In this document: piece by piece, positions 41,816 through 52,399 of the stretch
Numbering within the stretch: position 1 is the stretch's first letter
Layout: each line of letters opens with the position of its first letter
NCBI GenBank assembly: GCA_965205865.1
Contig: CBDBHR010000023.1
Coordinates: forward strand, 64,001 to 128,000
Direction of reading: 5' to 3'
Source of the DNA: a bacterium
Lineage (GTDB): Bacteria; SAR324; NAC60-12
DNA: 64,000 nucleotides
Program-made: the position numbers and the translations under genes
The notes under the pieces: model-generated
The model's database searches: none
What the model saw: only the letters and a program-made list of their open reading frames with translations
What the model was told of the DNA's origin: nothing

Positions 41816-42889
41816 TTAAGAAAGTTTTGAGGGAGAGCCCTCCCAGGGAATTCCTTGAAAAATGGCTTCGAGAGAAGATTCTGTCATCAGTCTCTCAATG
41901 AGGATTTCGAGGTCGTCGACCGACAGCGAAGCGAGACGATCTTGATAAGGTTTTGCCGTTTCACCAAATTTCTTTTGGAGTTGTTTATTGAGAATATGCT
42001 GTGCTTCTTCTTGACGACCTTTTTCGATTCCTTTCTCGATTCCTTTCTCGATTCCTTTCTCGATTCCTTTCTCGATTCCTTTTTGTTCTAATTGTTCAGC
42101 GACTGTCATAATGACCTCGTGAGCCTCTTCAAAGCTGAGCAGGGTTTGCACTTGTTGCACCACTTCCTCTTCTTTGAGATGGGAACTGGCTTTAAATAAA
42201 TAATAGAGTACCTCCTCAAGATACCGCAAACCACTGCCTTCTTCAAATAGTTTTTCAAACAAAGGCCAGATGACCGTGGCTAAAAGATCGGAAAGCTCTG
42301 GGGAATCGATATGTTTCATAATCATCAAAAACACTCTCAAAAACAAGGTTCCTTTGATTTGATCATCACTCATTCCTGATAAATCCACCAGGTGATACTC
42401 AAAGGAAGGCACATAGGGTTTGAGGGCCTCGGGAACCTTGAGAAAGTCATGAAAATGCAGGGCGGCGGTCCACTTTTTAGGACCTTGAAAAAGCGTAATG
42501 GGAAAAACAATGGGGAGCCCTTCTTGAGGAAATTGCTTCTGGTATTGCTCATAAATCCCCACTAAATAGCTCAAGTAGCGATAGCTCATCTTGGCTTCCG
42601 GCTCTTTTTGATGCTCGAAATGAATCAGGAAGAAGCCCTTGATTTCCTGGCCAGCGCTTCCTTTAAAACGAGTTTCATAAAGGAGATCACTTTTACGACT
42701 CTTCAACGCTTTTTGCACAAAGTCTCCTGGAGCTAGACGTAATTGGGACCAATCCATAATGGCTTGAATGGAATCAGGCAAATATTCTTTAAAAAAAGCC
42801 TCAGCCACCTTTAAATCGCTCCACTGCTGAATAAAAAAATCATTGTGAGGAGTACCTTTTCGTTTGGAGGGCTTTTTCGATTGGGCCAT
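41816..42889 (-). CDS. Rpn/YhgA-like recombination-promoting nuclease
   Basis: PHNDFF, SDLLY, HFEHQ and P.VFPI, then MTVAEQL followed by GIEK x5 (12-bp repeat at about 42018-42083). Confidence 0.88.
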   Translation of the reverse strand: MAQSKKPSKRKGTPHNDFFIQQWSDLKVAEAFFKEYLPDSIQAIMDWSQLRLAPGDFVQKALKSRKSDLLYETRFKGSAGQEIKGFFLIHFEHQKEPEAKMSYRYLSYLVGIYEQYQKQFPQEGLPIVFPITLFQGPKKWTAALHFHDFLKVPEALKPYVPSFEYHLVDLSGMSDDQIKGTLFLRVFLMIMKHIDSPELSDLLATVIWPLFEKLFEEGSGLRYLEEVLYYLFKASSHLKEEEVVQQVQTLLSFEEAHEVIMTVAEQLEQKGIEKGIEKGIEKGIEKGIEKGRQEEAQHILNKQLQKKFGETAKPYQDRLASLSVDDLEILIERLMTESSLEAIFQGIPWEGSPSKLS

Positions 42890-42999
42890 GGTCCATGATC
42901 CTTTCTTGAGTGGGGAAGCCAGGTTTTATATAGGAAAATCGAAAAATTCGGTTTTTAGGCGCGGGCTCTGCCTTTTTTCTGCATTTCAGGGCTTGCAAT

Positions 43000-43127
43000 C
43001 TAATATGGTGAGCCAGCCGTGGGTCAAAGGTTACAACGGGGAAGATGAGCTGGGAGCAATGAACCGTGTGCTCGTCTTAGCCTGCCTCTGGATTGACCAG
43101 GATCTGAAGCAAGAGATGGGCTTCTAA
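43000..43127 (+). pseudogene. Orphan 3'-end fragment of an SBP gene
   Basis: SQPWVKGYNGE...LWIDQDLKQEMGF*, homologous to the SBP C-termini ending at 40533 and 55554. Confidence 0.8.
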
Positions 43128-43155
43128 CCGAACCACCTACCCACTCACATTAGCT

Positions 43156-43191
43156 ACCCTCCCACCCACAGTGGGGATGGGAGGGTTTTTT
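43156..43191 (+). terminator. Intrinsic terminator-like hairpin
   Basis: ACCCTCCCA...TGGGAGGGT followed by a T run. Confidence 0.65.
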
Positions 43192-43204
43192 ATTTGCTTG
43201 GTGC

Positions 43205-43693
43205 TCATCTCTCTTGGTCATCGCTCGGCTCAGGCTCTTCTTTGATCGGTTCAAACTTGCCATTCATCGGATTCCAGACCTGTATCCCTTCCTTTTTTGC
43301 AGCTGCGTTTAAATCTCGATCACATGAAATCAGCAATTCCGTTCCGTCTATCAAAGCCGAAGCTAATTGAAAGGCATCACTCCCTTTAATTTTATGTTGC
43401 AACCCGATCTGATACGATTTTTCAATAACAGCAAGAGACGCATTGACAATGTTGAAGAGTTTTCATCTTTTCTGAAACCTGCTTACTGCTTCATCTAATT
43501 TTGGTTGGGTCAACTCTCGATTGCGGCGCATTGCTGACAACGCTGCGGCAATCTCGGCTTTTGTAATGACAGCCGTAGAAAATACGACGTCTTCTTGATG
43601 AACCTGCTCCACAACATATTGTTTGACTTCAGCGGAACCGGTTTCATTGACAAATTCTTTGACCAGGGCAGAGGTATCGAAATAGAGCTTCAT
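43205..43693 (-). pseudogene. PIN-domain (VapC-like) toxin with an in-frame TGA
   Basis: MKLYFDTSALVK...RFQKR*KLFNIVN...GSDAFQLASAL...CDRDL; the stop is at 43463-43465 and both halves share one frame. Confidence 0.85.
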
Positions 43694-43694
43694 C

Positions 43695-43919
43695 TTAGGG
43701 TTTACGATGTTCATAGATAATATTCGAAGCCAATCTTGCTCCCGGTTCAGGATCAATTGCCTTAAATTCTTCAAAGGCCGCTTTATCCCCAATTTGAATA
43801 TACGGACTCTTCTGCTCTGCTTGCTCTGCTTCGACAATCACTCGTATCTCAGCATCAGCGGGAAGGTGATGCCGTTGGACTTGTGTGGGAAACTCCTTAA
43901 CCGTTGTGGTAAATTCCAT
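43695..43919 (-). CDS. Putative antitoxin
   Basis: 74-aa ORF immediately upstream of the PIN gene. Confidence 0.6.
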   Translation of the reverse strand: MEFTTTVKEFPTQVQRHHLPADAEIRVIVEAEQAEQKSPYIQIGDKAAFEEFKAIDPEPGARLASNIIYEHRKP

Positions 43920-44030
43920 GCTAACCTTTTTGAAAATCGTTCCTGTGACAAAGGGATTATACCCTACTTTTTCAAATTCTACATGAACCCCGGAATTAAG
44001 CAAATCTAAGCTTCAAAAAAGAAAAGATGG

Positions 44031-44550
44031 GCGGTGGAGGAGAAGATCATAGATGGTGATGATCTACCCGGCCATCTGGTGGGGCTGGACACCGCCGCTG
44101 ACCTACGTCGGCTTCACCGAAGACCCCTGGGCCAATCTGGGCATACTCATCATCCCCGCGCTGATTCTGGGGACCTATCTGGCAGCGAGCACCATGCGCA
44201 TGACGCGCACGATGATGCTGGAGGTGCTGCGCCAGGACTACGTGAGGACCGCGTGGGCCAAGGGCCTCAAGGAGCGCAGGGTGGTGCTGCGCCACGCGGT
44301 GAAGAACGCCCTCATCCCGGTGGTGTCGCTCATCGCCTTGCAGATCCCCATCATCGCCGGTGGCTCGGTCATCATCGAGAACATCTTCAACCTGCCGGGG
44401 CTCGGCCGCTTCATGTTGAGTGCCCTCAACGAGCGCGACTACCCTGTGGTTTCCGGCATCAACCTGCTCTTCGCCTCGGTCGTGGTGGTGATCAACCTGA
44501 TCACCGACCTGACGTACGCCTTCCTCGATCCGAGGATTCGCTATGAGTGA
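44031..44550 (+). pseudogene. DppB-like permease fragment (5' part missing, internal deletion)
   Basis: AVEEKIID is joined directly to MVMIYPAIWWGW...DPRIRYE; high GC. Confidence 0.85.
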
Positions 44551-45526
44551 GCCACTTCCAGTCGATCCTGGCGGCACGGAGGGCGCTCCCGCAGCCGAGC
44601 GCTGCCGGCCCGTTGCAAGCTTCTTCCGCCGGCTCCTGAAGGAGCAACCGCTGGGAACCGTTGGCGGCCTGATCGTCCTGGCGTTGGTATTCATCACCAT
44701 CTTTGCCGACCAGCTGGCGCCCTACGAATTCGACCGAGGACGAGTGCAAGACCGGATGAAGGAACCGTCGGTCGAGCACCTGCTCGGCACCGACCACGTT
44801 GGACGCGATTTTTTGAGCCGTCTCATCATCGGTGCTCGCCTCTCGATTACGGTCGGGCTGGCGGCAACGGTGTTGAACGTCATCGTCGCCCTGCTCGTCG
44901 GTGGCACGACCGGCTTCATCGGCGGGCGGGTGGACATTTACGCGCAGCGGTTCGTCGATGCGTGGATGTCCTTTCCCGGATTACTCCTGCTGCTCACCAT
45001 CATGTCGATCACCGGCCGTGGTGTGTTGCAGATCATCCTGGTGCTTGGCATCACCGGTGGTATCCCCGCCTCGCGGGTGGTACGCGGCGCGGTGATCGGC
45101 ATCAAGGGAAACGACTACTTCCAGGCTGCCAAGGCGCTGGGAGCCCGCAAGAGCCGGATCTTCTTCCGCCATGTGCTGCCCAATATCGCTGCGCCGCTCA
45201 TTGTCATCTTCAGCATCAACGTCGGTGGCGTCATCATCGCGGAGGCTTCGCTGAGCTTCCTGGGCTTCGGCCTGCCGGCGAACATCCCGAGTTGGGGCGG
45301 CATGCTGAGTCGCGAGGGTCGGCAGTACATGGAGGTTGCGCCGCGACTGGCGCTCTGGCCTGGACTGTGCCTGACCGTGACCGTCTACAGCCTCAACCTG
45401 TTCGGCGATGCCATGCGGGATCTGCTCGACCCCAGGCTACGGGGTGCTCAGGGAAGTTACGGCGCCGCAAAGAAGAAACGCAAAAAAGGGTTCCTCACCC
45501 GGCTCCTCTCCTCTTTCAATTGGTAA
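44543..45526 (+). CDS. Peptide ABC permease (DppC-like), high GC
   Basis: LGTDHVGRD, RHVLPN and EASLSFLGFG..SWG. Confidence 0.92.
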   Translation: MSEPLPVDPGGTEGAPAAERCRPVASFFRRLLKEQPLGTVGGLIVLALVFITIFADQLAPYEFDRGRVQDRMKEPSVEHLLGTDHVGRDFLSRLIIGARLSITVGLAATVLNVIVALLVGGTTGFIGGRVDIYAQRFVDAWMSFPGLLLLLTIMSITGRGVLQIILVLGITGGIPASRVVRGAVIGIKGNDYFQAAKALGARKSRIFFRHVLPNIAAPLIVIFSINVGGVIIAEASLSFLGFGLPANIPSWGGMLSREGRQYMEVAPRLALWPGLCLTVTVYSLNLFGDAMRDLLDPRLRGAQGSYGAAKKKRKKGFLTRLLSSFNW

Positions 45527-45693
45527 GCGCATAAAAGCAGCTTCCAGAATAGATCCGCATCATTGGAAGTGATTTTGGAATAGTTCCAAGTCTGCTCCCC
45601 CTGAAAAAACACATTGGAAAGATAGGCTTGAGCTTTTGTTGATCAGGATCGGAAAACGAGCACCACTTGGTGCTGTGAGTTACGAAAGTACTG

Positions 45694-45826
45694 CAGTTCT
45701 CTGCGTCTTGCCCGTGGCTCAAAGGCTATAAAAGGTGAAACCGACTTGTATGATATTTACCATGCTGTTATCGTTTTTTCCCGCCGCTGGATTGACCAGG
45801 AGCTGAAGAAAGAAATGGGGTTTTAG
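45694..45826 (+). pseudogene. Second orphan 3'-end SBP fragment (frameshifted)
   Basis: QF...PWLKGY..GE...WIDQELKKEMGF*. Confidence 0.7.
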
Positions 45827-45934
45827 TATTTTCCGGTTAAACGTATCGTCAAGACGGTGAAGTGCGGGATGGCGGCAGAAGCCCGCCATCCCACGATGGT
45901 GCTGTTCCCTGTAGAAAGGCGAAAACAGAATACG

Positions 45935-46704
45935 CTAATCCTTTTCATTTTTTTGTGGGGCATTGGCTCGACTTCGCTTTTGCCCCTTTTCCAGATACTT
46001 CTGAATCTCTTCCAGAGAAAACCGTTTAAGGATCTCATCGGTCGACAGCACACCTAAATGATCACGCACATAATCTTTTTGAAAATCTTCCATCGTATAG
46101 GCCATTTCTAATCCTTCCAAGTGATAGTTCTCAAAGAGTTGATTTAATATCGTGCTGATTTCCCGGGTATGCCCACGGTTTTGACGCGCGGCAAACTCCA
46201 CTTCTCCGGGAATCCCACTGAATAAATGCCAAATCGTATTATGCTCCGCATGCGCGATCTCACTCAGTACAATCATCCGAATGAGATCACTCCCCCGCTG
46301 AATCTCATAGACTCCCTCTTGTATCGCCTGGAACTCAACCTGTGAAGCGAGTTTCTGTGGATAGCGGGAACTCACGCCATAGAGTTGAAATTCCTCTTCA
46401 GCTAACAGATCCTGGAACGAGGGACTGATCTGCATGCGATAATTCACATAATGCCCGGTCAGTTCTTTCAAGGCCCAATCGTCAAAGGGTTCTCTCAACG
46501 ATTTGTAACTGAGCAGATTATATTGCCTCAGATTGTCCAAGCCATCCGGTAAGGGTTCGATCGGATTGCCTGTATCTTTCCTCAGAATAACGACATCCAG
46601 CAGCTGTCTTTTGAGAGATAGATCTTTTTCCAACTCTACAACCCAGGAGGAATCGGTAAAAAATCGGTGAGCGCCAAGCCAAAGAGGCGATGCCAGTTTA
46701 TCAT
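45935..46704 (-). pseudogene. Frameshifted copy of the 58697-59485 gene
   Basis: Near-identical DNA. An A7 run (about 59438) is A6 here (about 46658), which shifts the N-terminus. Confidence 0.85.
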
Positions 46705-46872
46705 TTTCCTTTCATCGGCTGAATGACAAAATACACTTGATTATCATTTTATTGTGCCAATCTATAGAAAAACGCACAAGTGCAAATTGTCTTTGAAAAG
46801 GAAATTCTTTCTCTCTATTCCTCTTACTCTACGACCATTGGCCTTTTCTTCCTGCTCTTTCTCTGCTCAAAG

Positions 46873-47310
46873 TTCAACGAGGACCCGCTGGGGAACCTCG
46901 GAGTGTTCCTCATTCCCAGCCTGATTCTGGGGACGGCCTCTTCTGCCGCCACCATGCGGATGATGCGCACCATGATGCTGGAAGTGCTCCGCCAAGACTA
47001 TATCCGCGCCGCCTGGTCCAAGGGACTCCGGGAGCGGGTCGTGATTATCCGGCACACCATCAAAAATGCCCTCATCCCGGTGGTGACCCTGATCGGCCTG
47101 CAGTTGCCGATCCTGGTGGGGGGTGCGGTGATCATGGAGAACATCTTCAACCTGCCGGGACTCGGTCGTCTCCTGGTAAATGCCCTCAATGACCGAGACT
47201 ACCCAATGGTCTCCGGAGTCAACCTCTTTTTTGCTACCGGCGTGGTGCTGCTCAACCTTCTCATCGACCTGATTTATCCCTATTTGGACCCGAGAGTGAG
47301 GTATGAATAA
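46873..47310 (+). pseudogene. DppB-like 3' fragment
   Basis: EDPLGNL...DPRVRYE, close to 41070-41502 and sharing about 110 bp of downstream sequence with it. Confidence 0.88.
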
Positions 47311-47622
47311 GGCCAGCGGGCGGTGCCTTCCAAACACCCGCCATTTTTCGTGGCATACTTCCCTCCAGGATAAGGGATTGCTGTGGGGGTCCCCGTCTTC
47401 TGCCTTCCGTGTCACAAAACCATGTCCCATTGAAAAACGCCATCTCTTGTTTATTGTTCTTTATTTCCGTTTTTGCTATAGTGCTGACACGATACAATGT
47501 GAGAAAAAGCAAGAAATTCGATGAACATGATCTGATCAGAGAGGAATTCGAAAAGGTGCGGAAGGAAATTTATCCTCACAAACCTATCACACTATAAACC
47601 AAATCATTCCAGTACGGGAACC

Positions 47623-47886
47623 ATGAAAGTATTATTAGAACTACCGGATGATGTTCGATCTCTGCCTTTGGAAAAGCAGAAAGAAGAGGTTCTAAGAGCC
47701 TATCAAGCACTCCAACCGGAAAAAGAGTCAAAAAATAGACCTATGGAACCTAAAAAATCAAAATGGTCAAGGATTGTGGAAGAAATTGAAAATGATCGTA
47801 CACTGGATTTAAAGGGATACTCTGTATACCTACAAAAAGATATGCAAGAATTTCGCGAAAATTTTACATTCAGTCATGATCAATAA
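47623..47886 (+). CDS. Putative antitoxin
   Basis: 87-aa ORF ending 5 bp before the PIN gene. Confidence 0.6.
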   Translation: MKVLLELPDDVRSLPLEKQKEEVLRAYQALQPEKESKNRPMEPKKSKWSRIVEEIENDRTLDLKGYSVYLQKDMQEFRENFTFSHDQ

Positions 47887-47891
47887 TTTCA

Positions 47892-48341
47892 ATGAAGTAT
47901 TTACTGGATTCCAATACTATCTCCATGCTTTACGATTCTCGAGCAGTAGAACATAGCTCTATTAAATCCAGACTGGAAAGTCTAGATGATGAAGCGGATC
48001 AAGTTTTCGTTTCGGTTTTGACCATTTATGAAATGGAATTTGGGAAGGCCAATGCCCCGGATGATAAAGTAAAGATCATTCAAAAAGACATCCAGCATAC
48101 CTTAAAAAACTTTTCTCTGCTGATCCTCTCTATTCAAGGGGCCTCCCGCTTCGGTGATTTGAAAAAGCGACTAAAGGATTCTAGAAAAATATCTCCTGGT
48201 AATATGAGAAAACACAATGTTGATCTGATGCTCGCTAGTACGGCCATTGTAGAATCTAGTAGTCTTGTTAGTGCAGATAGTATTTATATCGAACTTCAAC
48301 AGCTGGAATCCCAGTTAATAATTGAAAATTGGACGACTTAA
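47892..48341 (+). CDS. PIN-domain (VapC-like) toxin, apparently intact
   Basis: YLLDSN, IYEM, VDLMLASTA, SAD and ENW. Confidence 0.88.
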   Translation: MKYLLDSNTISMLYDSRAVEHSSIKSRLESLDDEADQVFVSVLTIYEMEFGKANAPDDKVKIIQKDIQHTLKNFSLLILSIQGASRFGDLKKRLKDSRKISPGNMRKHNVDLMLASTAIVESSSLVSADSIYIELQQLESQLIIENWTT

Positions 48342-49120
48342 GGGAGAGTCGGAGGGTGTTCCAAGGAATCCTTTGAAAAATAACTTCTGGAGTGGAGGAA
48401 AAGATTATAAAAAGACAGCTGGTCACCCTTGAGTTGGGGATAATGGCCATACTCATTGGGCTGGTTATCGTGCTACCGGTGGGCATCTACTCGGCGATTC
48501 ACCAGGATAAGGTCGCCGACTACTTGTAGAGCTCCATTGCCATCATCGACCTGGCAACGCCGAACTTCTGGCTGTGCGTGATGGTGATGATCTACCCGGC
48601 CATCTGGTGGGGCTGGGCGCCGCCGCTGGAACTGGTTTCCTTCACCGAAGACCCGCTGGGAAATCTGGCGGTGTTCCTCATTCCCAGCCTGATTCCGGGA
48701 ACGGCCTCGGCGGTTGCCACCATACGGATGATGCGTACTATGATGCTGGAGGTGCTCCGGCAGGACTATATCCGCACTGCTTTGTCCAAGGGGCTCCGGG
48801 AGCGGGTCGTGATTATCCGGCACACCATCTAGTATGCTTTCATCCCGGTGGTCACGCGTTCAGCCGGGCTTATTTGCCGCGCTGCGGACGCCCAACCTCT
48901 CTGCGCTTTGAAATTGACGATCCTGGTAGGCGGCGCCGTGATCATGGAAAACATCTTCAATCTGCCGGGGTTCGGGTGTCTCATGTTAGTGGCCCTCAAC
49001 GAGCGCGACTACCCCGTGGTTTCCGGCATCAACCTGCTGTTCGCCTCGGTCGTGGTGGTGATCAACCTCCTCACCGACATGACGTACGCCTTCCTGGATC
49101 CGGGGATCTGCTATGAGTGA
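48342..49120 (+). pseudogene. Degenerate DppB-like permease
   Basis: Homologous to dppB, with premature stops (about 48527 and 48830) and an insertion near 48856-48915. Confidence 0.85.
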
Positions 49121-50102
49121 GACGCTCCCGGTCGACGATGGCGGCGGGACCGGCGCATCGGGCGCTCTCGCTGCCGGGCGCCGCCGACTCGTTGCGAGCT
49201 TCTTGCGCCGGCTGCTGAGGGAGCAACCGCTGGGAGCCGTTGGTGACCTGATCGTCCTGGCGCTGGTGTTCATCACCATCTTTGCGCAGCAGCTGGCGCC
49301 CTACGAATTCGACCGTGGACGGGTGCAAGAGCGCATGCAGGGGCCGTCGGCCGAGCACCTGCTCGGCACCGACCACGTTGGCCGCGACTTTTTGAGCCGA
49401 CTCATCATTGGCGCGCGCCTCTCGATCACGGTCGGGCTGACGGCGACGGTGATGAACGTCATCGTCGCCTTGCTCATCGGTGGCACGACCGGCTTCATCG
49501 GCGGGCGGGTGGACATCTACGCGCAGCGGTTCGTCGATGCGTGGACATCCTTTCCCGGATTACACCTGCTGCTCACCATTATGTCGATCACCGGTCGTGG
49601 CGTATTGCAGATCATCCTGGTGCCCGGCATCACCGGTGGCATTCCCGCCTCGCGGGTGGTACGCGGCGCGGTGATCAGCATCAAGGAAAACGACTACTTC
49701 CAGGCCGCCAAGGCGCTGAGAGCCAGCAAGAGCCGTATCTTCTTCCGCAATGTGCTGCCCAATATCGCCGCATCGCTCATTGTCATCTTCAGCATCAACG
49801 TCGGCGGCGTCATCATCGCTGAGGCTTCGCTGAGCTTCCTGGGCTTCGGCCTGCCGGCGAACGTGCCGAACTGGGGCGGCATGCTGAGTCGCGAGGGTCG
49901 CCAGTACATGGAGATTGCGCCGCGGCTGGCGCTCTGGCCGGGGCTGTGCCTGACCGTGACTGTCTATAGTCTCAACCTGTTCGGCGATGCCATGCGGGAT
50001 CTGCTCGACCCCAGGCTGCGGGGTGCTCAGGGAAGTTACTGCGCCACAAAGAGGAAACGCAAACGAGGATTCCTCACCCGGCTCCTCTCCCCTTTCAATT
50101 AG
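49113..50102 (+). CDS. DppC-like permease, diverged duplicate of 44543-45526
   Basis: Colinear copy with substitutions in TM helices (G>D, L>H, L>P); possibly decaying. Confidence 0.8.
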   Translation: MSETLPVDDGGGTGASGALAAGRRRLVASFLRRLLREQPLGAVGDLIVLALVFITIFAQQLAPYEFDRGRVQERMQGPSAEHLLGTDHVGRDFLSRLIIGARLSITVGLTATVMNVIVALLIGGTTGFIGGRVDIYAQRFVDAWTSFPGLHLLLTIMSITGRGVLQIILVPGITGGIPASRVVRGAVISIKENDYFQAAKALRASKSRIFFRNVLPNIAASLIVIFSINVGGVIIAEASLSFLGFGLPANVPNWGGMLSREGRQYMEIAPRLALWPGLCLTVTVYSLNLFGDAMRDLLDPRLRGAQGSYCATKRKRKRGFLTRLLSPFN

Positions 50103-50344
50103 TGAGCGCACAGAACGCCCCACCCATCCACTGTAGCGCCTTAAAACTGGATGTAGTGTTTCTTCAAAATATTTTATAAAATAGTCTATATTGCTTTTTT
50201 GTTTAAAATGCCGGCAAAGATAGCGGACGAATATCGAGCGACTAGCATCATGACGCTTAAAACCAGCATTTAACTTTCATCCCTTGCATGATTCTATCAA
50301 CGAATCCGAAGGTGGCCCCACTGAGAGGTTGTCCTGTAGGACTC

Positions 50345-50692
50345 CTATAAGGCATCTTGATATATGCATGCATCCAAGATACTCAAAACTTCTTCTAAGA
50401 TTTGAGTTGAAGCTTTTTCAACAAACTTGAGTTTACGACTGTGATAATCAATGGATTTAACTTGTTCTACCATAATGTAACCCGTTAATGATGAGTCATT
50501 TGGTACTGGAACATGGAAAGGAATATTGCGATGAGATTTCGTGATTGGACAGACGATAGTAAGACCTGTTGCCTTGTTAAACACTTCATTGCTAACAACT
50601 ATCGCAGGACACCGTCCCTTTTGTTCATGCCCTGATTGTGAATCGAACGTTATTATTACAAAGTCTCCCTTTTGTGGAATATATCGAGGCAT
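50345..50692 (-). CDS. mazF: MazF/PemK-family toxin (catalytic Arg replaced by Cys)
   Basis: PQKGD...GHEQKGRCPAIVVS..FN..TGL..VCPIT..EQVKSID. Confidence 0.9.
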   Translation of the reverse strand: MPRYIPQKGDFVIITFDSQSGHEQKGRCPAIVVSNEVFNKATGLTIVCPITKSHRNIPFHVPVPNDSSLTGYIMVEQVKSIDYHSRKLKFVEKASTQILEEVLSILDACIYQDAL

Positions 50693-50941
50693 TTACCATT
50701 CCTCCTGCCCAATGGGCTCTCCCCAGTCTTCTTCTTGTGGTTTGTAATCCTTTGGCATCTTTGCAACCAACTCTTTGATATCATACCTTCCATGTACTTT
50801 ATTGATAGATTCAATGATTATTTTCCCTTCTTGAACAGATATATCCACTTCTTCTCCAACTTTGATTTGAGAATCATGAAGAAGGCTTTTAGGAATTCTA
50901 ATCCCCTGACTATTTCCCCATTGCTGAACTTTAGATAACAT
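50693..50941 (-). CDS. mazE: MazE/AbrB-family antitoxin
   Basis: KVQQWGNSQGIRIPK...DWGEPIGQEEW; AAGGAG RBS. Confidence 0.92.
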   Translation of the reverse strand: MLSKVQQWGNSQGIRIPKSLLHDSQIKVGEEVDISVQEGKIIIESINKVHGRYDIKELVAKMPKDYKPQEEDWGEPIGQEEW

Positions 50942-51748
50942 TGTCCATTCTCCTTTCTGCTCTACAAATATTATGTATATCCTTAGTATATACAAGCAAC
51001 TCAAGGTTGCAAGCACTTTTAATCAAGTGAATTTCTCTTGTTAGCTAATGCCGAAGTGAGCGGCGTCCACCATCAGCATTGCTATTGAGATTATTTCATT
51101 TGACGTTTCATTCTTCAAATAAACTATCCCGGAGCAAGCTCTCTCGTTGAGGCTCGATTTTCGCTTCGCACGAGCGGAGAATTTTGTCGGATTATCTTTT
51201 TTTCAATGCAGCAATGGTACGCCGAGCGGCTGCGGCGAGTCAGACCCGAATGAGATTAATAGTTTTTCCTCAATTTCTTTCATCCTGTTTACCAAATCTT
51301 TGTCTGTTTTGACGCGTTTTAGTAAAATTCGAATGGCATTGCTTAAGGTGACGCCATCTCGACCACAACGCTCTCCCCAGACTTCCAATGTTAGATTTTC
51401 TGATTCTCGCACTATCCAGGCAATAACCGACCTTGCTTCAGAGGTTTTCCTTTCTTTCCCCTTGGCAATGAGTTGTTTTTCATTGATGCGACACAATTGA
51501 CAAACCGCCTGAATAATTTCTTCCAACTCCAATGTTTGGTGAATGGGCTCTCCCGCTTGTTGTAATGCACTTTCCGCAAAGTGATCATCTCTCAAAATCC
51601 TTCCTTCTTTATTCCCTATTTCGAACTCAGAGGGTAGGGTGTCCTCCAGGGCTTCCTCAACATAGCGACGATACATCCGGCGAGCATGACCTAGTTTTCT
51701 TGCTATTTTTCCTTCCGGTTGCTCTCAAGTCTGGAACTATGCTAACCA

Positions 51749-52023
51749 CAATGGTTCTGACTTTTTTTTTAATTCTTAATAAATTGAAAATAAATCATTT
51801 CAAATACTTAGAAAAAGTATCTGAATTATTTACAACTCCGAGTCAGTTTCTCAGTTTGAAATAATTCAAGCAATTCCGAAGACTGTGTCATTCCTGGCTT
51901 GCCCAGGAATCCAGAATATTTACTGATGAACTTCTGGATTCCTGGGCAAGCCAGGAATGACATTGATTCTGTGTACAGAACAAAGAATACTTCATAGGTA
52001 TTTCAAAACTGTTAGAAGTATTG
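51749..52023. mobile_element. 275-bp MITE with CAAT ends (IS4-like) and a 7-bp target duplication
   Basis: Ends CAATGGTTCTGAC and GTTAGAAGTATTG, with CTAACCA on both sides. The empty site is visible at about 62674-62680. Confidence 0.85.
51886..51962. repeat. TGTCA-tagged REP doublet
   Basis: TGTCATTCCTGGCTTGCCCAGGAATCCAGAA and its exact reverse complement, separated by a 15-bp spacer. Confidence 0.9.
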
Positions 52024-52090
52024 CTAACCATAGAATTTAACAAAATACAATTTAATCATTTAATCAAAGGCCTGACCCATTTTTTGGATC

Positions 52091-52390
52091 TTAGGCCACT
52101 TCTAAAGGTTGGATTCTTTCAAGAACTCCTATCAGCTCTCGTTCTTTTTTTCGAATTTCCAATTCGGTTTGAATGTTTAACAGGTATTTGGGATCCATTC
52201 CGAAGTATATTCCCAATTTTAAAGCAACTTCCGAAGATAAGGCTCGTTTTCCATGAAGGACATTGCGCAAAGTCATCTGAGGAATTCCCGCCTCTTTACA
52301 AACTCGGTAGGCCGTCACTTCATAAGCTTCGAGCAATTCTTCCTGAATGATCGTTCCAATATGGCCCAGTTCTATCCATTCGTTACTCAT
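52091..52390 (-). CDS. higA: HigA-family antitoxin
   Basis: HIG.IIQEELL, GKRALSSEVALKLG.YFG and LNIQ. Confidence 0.88.
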   Translation of the reverse strand: MSNEWIELGHIGTIIQEELLEAYEVTAYRVCKEAGIPQMTLRNVLHGKRALSSEVALKLGIYFGMDPKYLLNIQTELEIRKKERELIGVLERIQPLEVA

Positions 52391-52399
52391 GCGATTCTC

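Larger units (their letters stand above)
51090..52078 (-). mobile_element. Deleted RAYT/Y1-transposase-like element (copy 1) carrying a MITE
   Basis: Only the C-terminal HTH coding part (51203-51715) remains. Near-identical to 62024-62730 and ends in AGGCCTGACCC. Confidence 0.6.

Noticed and set aside
43463-43465. Stop-codon recoding (TGA as Trp/Sec, or TAG readthrough in higB)
   Set aside because: TGA and TAG terminate ordinary genes here (coaBC ends in TGA, groEL in TAG), so nonsense mutation is the simpler explanation.
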